Of a stretch of 64,000 bases of DNA, positions 62,638-64,000 are shown piece after piece. The notes below the pieces were generated by a model. The model was not told where the DNA came from and ran no database searches. It saw only the letters and a program-made list of their open reading frames with translations. How positions within the stretch are numbered: position 1 is the stretch's first letter; every line of letters starts with the position of its first letter. Both the position numbers and the translations under genes were made by a program. This DNA is from Candidatus Villigracilis adiacens (lineage in GTDB: Bacteria; Chloroflexota; Anaerolineae; Anaerolineales; Villigracilaceae), in assembly GCA_016703605.1 (NCBI GenBank), contig JADJBU010000008.1, positions 91,819-155,818 on the forward strand, given 5' to 3'.

Positions 62638-62714
62638 GGTGGGGAGTGGAAAGTGGGGAGTGGAAAGTGAATAGTGAATAGTGAATAGTGAATAGTGATC
62701 AGTGAACAGTGAGA
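62638..62714. repeat. Heptamer array x11 (RGT-N4) between tyrA and aroA
   Basis: GGTGGGG AGTGGAA AGTGGGG AGTGGAA (AGTGAAT)4 AGTGATC AGTGAAC AGTGAGA; contains the tyrA stop codon. Confidence 0.9.
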
Positions 62715-63556
62715 GAGTGGTAGGCGGATTGTGATTCGTTGAGGAGCGATTCAAGTTTGGTGAAATCTTCTGAAGATAACGCAGACTCGATCTCTGCCAG
62801 TTGACTTTGCATTCCACGCAGAGCATTTAATACATTTTCGCGGTTGGATTGTAAGACGCCCAACATCATGGAAGATGATGTGCCTGCGAGTCTACTCGTG
62901 GACTTGAAGCCGGGTCCAACAAAAGGGGCGACGTCTTCGGGTGTAGTGCGTGCCAGTGCAGACGAGATCAGAAATGGCAGATGGCTTGTGGAAGCAAGGA
63001 TGCGGTCATGGTCTACGGCATCCAGCGTTTTGCCTTTGGCACCGAGGGCTTCGATGATCTGATATGCGGCAGAGATGGCGCGAGGCGATGTGCGATCCAG
63101 CGGAGTCAACAAAAAAGGCGCAGCGTAGTAAAGCGTTCTCTCTGCATTCGCCAGCGAAAGCTTTTCTTTGCCGCAAATGGGATGCCCGCCGATGGGGTCG
63201 AAGCGTTCAGGCAATTTTGCCATCGCTTCGACGACCAATCGTTTTGTGGAGCCCAAGTCCATGACGATGCAGGGATGGGGAATGGTAATTGGTAATTGGT
63301 CAATGAGTGTGATGATTGACTGGACTGGCGCTGACAGAATCACAACATCAACATCGGCGGGGAGGGTGGCAGGGTCGCTGTCGGCGTAGTCCACGATATG
63401 TTGGGACAGAGCAAGCTCGAGCGTGGCAGGATGCGGGTCAATTCCATAAAGAGCCGCACATTTGCCGCGCAGTCCCAATGCCAACGAGCCGCCCATCAAG
63501 CCCAATCCGATGATGGCGATTTTTGATTCGGAGAGTGTAAAGTTTATGTCTTCCAT
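62699..63556 (-). CDS. tyrA: Prephenate dehydrogenase
   Basis: [30 protein letters not shown]; start at 63556. Confidence 0.92.
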   Translation of the reverse strand: MEDINFTLSESKIAIIGLGLMGGSLALGLRGKCAALYGIDPHPATLELALSQHIVDYADSDPATLPADVDVVILSAPVQSIITLIDQLPITIPHPCIVMDLGSTKRLVVEAMAKLPERFDPIGGHPICGKEKLSLANAERTLYYAAPFLLTPLDRTSPRAISAAYQIIEALGAKGKTLDAVDHDRILASTSHLPFLISSALARTTPEDVAPFVGPGFKSTSRLAGTSSSMMLGVLQSNRENVLNALRGMQSQLAEIESALSSEDFTKLESLLNESQSAYHSLTVH

Positions 63557-64000
63557 TGGGTAATTGGTAATTGGTAATTGGAGATTACCAATCTCCTCTC
63601 CACCGCCTCCGCCACCGCTTTGACCTGCTTCACCATTTTGGCAAAGGCTTCGGGTGTGAGCGACTGCTTGCCATCGGAAATGGCGTGTGGCGGGTCTTGA
63701 TGGACTTCGACGATGAGACCGTCGGCGCCAGCGGCGATGCTTGCTTTGGCAATGGATTGCACATACGCCGAGTCGCCGGTGGAGTGGGATGGGTCCATGA
63801 CAACTGGGAGATGCGTGAGTTTCTTGAGCACGGGCACGGCGTTGATGTCGGTGGTGTTGCGCGTGGCGGTTTCGAATGTGCGGATGCCGCGCTCGCAAAG
63901 AATGACGCGATGATTGCCGCCGTTGAGAATGTATTCGCTCGCCATGAGCATTTCTTCGATGGTGGCAGACATGCCGCGCTTGAACAAGACGGGCGTGCGG
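63544..64000 (-). CDS. aroF: DAHP synthase (type I-beta), C-terminal part; the gene starts beyond the window
   Basis: [33 protein letters not shown]; C-terminus ([13 protein letters not shown]) is encoded by a GGTAATT heptamer tract. Confidence 0.9.
   Translation of the reverse strand, partial: RTPVLFKRGMSATIEEMLMASEYILNGGNHRVILCERGIRTFETATRNTTDINAVPVLKKLTHLPVVMDPSHSTGDSAYVQSIAKASIAAGADGLIVEVHQDPPHAISDGKQSLTPEAFAKMVKQVKAVAEAVERRLVISNYQLPITQWKT

Overview
A 64-kb GC-rich chromosomal window, most likely from an Anaerolineae/Chloroflexota bacterium. This is inferred from the gene repertoire, an LPXTG protein and Pro/Thr-rich lipoproteins; no marker gene was checked. Housekeeping content: fabI, mpg, cspA, a phosphohexomutase, glgC, surE, three tRNAs (Arg-GCG, Gly-TCC, Ile2-CAT), holA, dusB, msrA, clpC and a shikimate/aromatic amino acid supercluster. 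A 14-kb glycosylation locus lies at 31878-45635. Most interesting signals: (1) Two small ORFs inside operons, a four-helix-bundle (IVS/Avd-like) gene and a GxxExxY gene, are each bracketed by INVERTED arrays of short tandem repeats (7-mers and 9-mers). The same repeat types occur across the window as ORF-less hairpins, as intergenic arrays that supply stop codons, and in frame inside AroA, AroC, AroE and TyrA; most 7-mers share an RGT-N4 register. (2) An 8-gene, translationally coupled operon of unknown function (12849-21160) combines a GlmL-like actin-fold ATPase, a membrane protein with 13 acidic PxWL motifs, three other membrane proteins and a doubly anchored LPXTG protein. (3) A ProRS paralog keeps the editing and anticodon-binding domains but has lost the catalytic motifs. 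(4) A BIME-like 50-nt REP array and several dispersed REP families are present. Family assignments come from motif recognition by eye, not from database searches.
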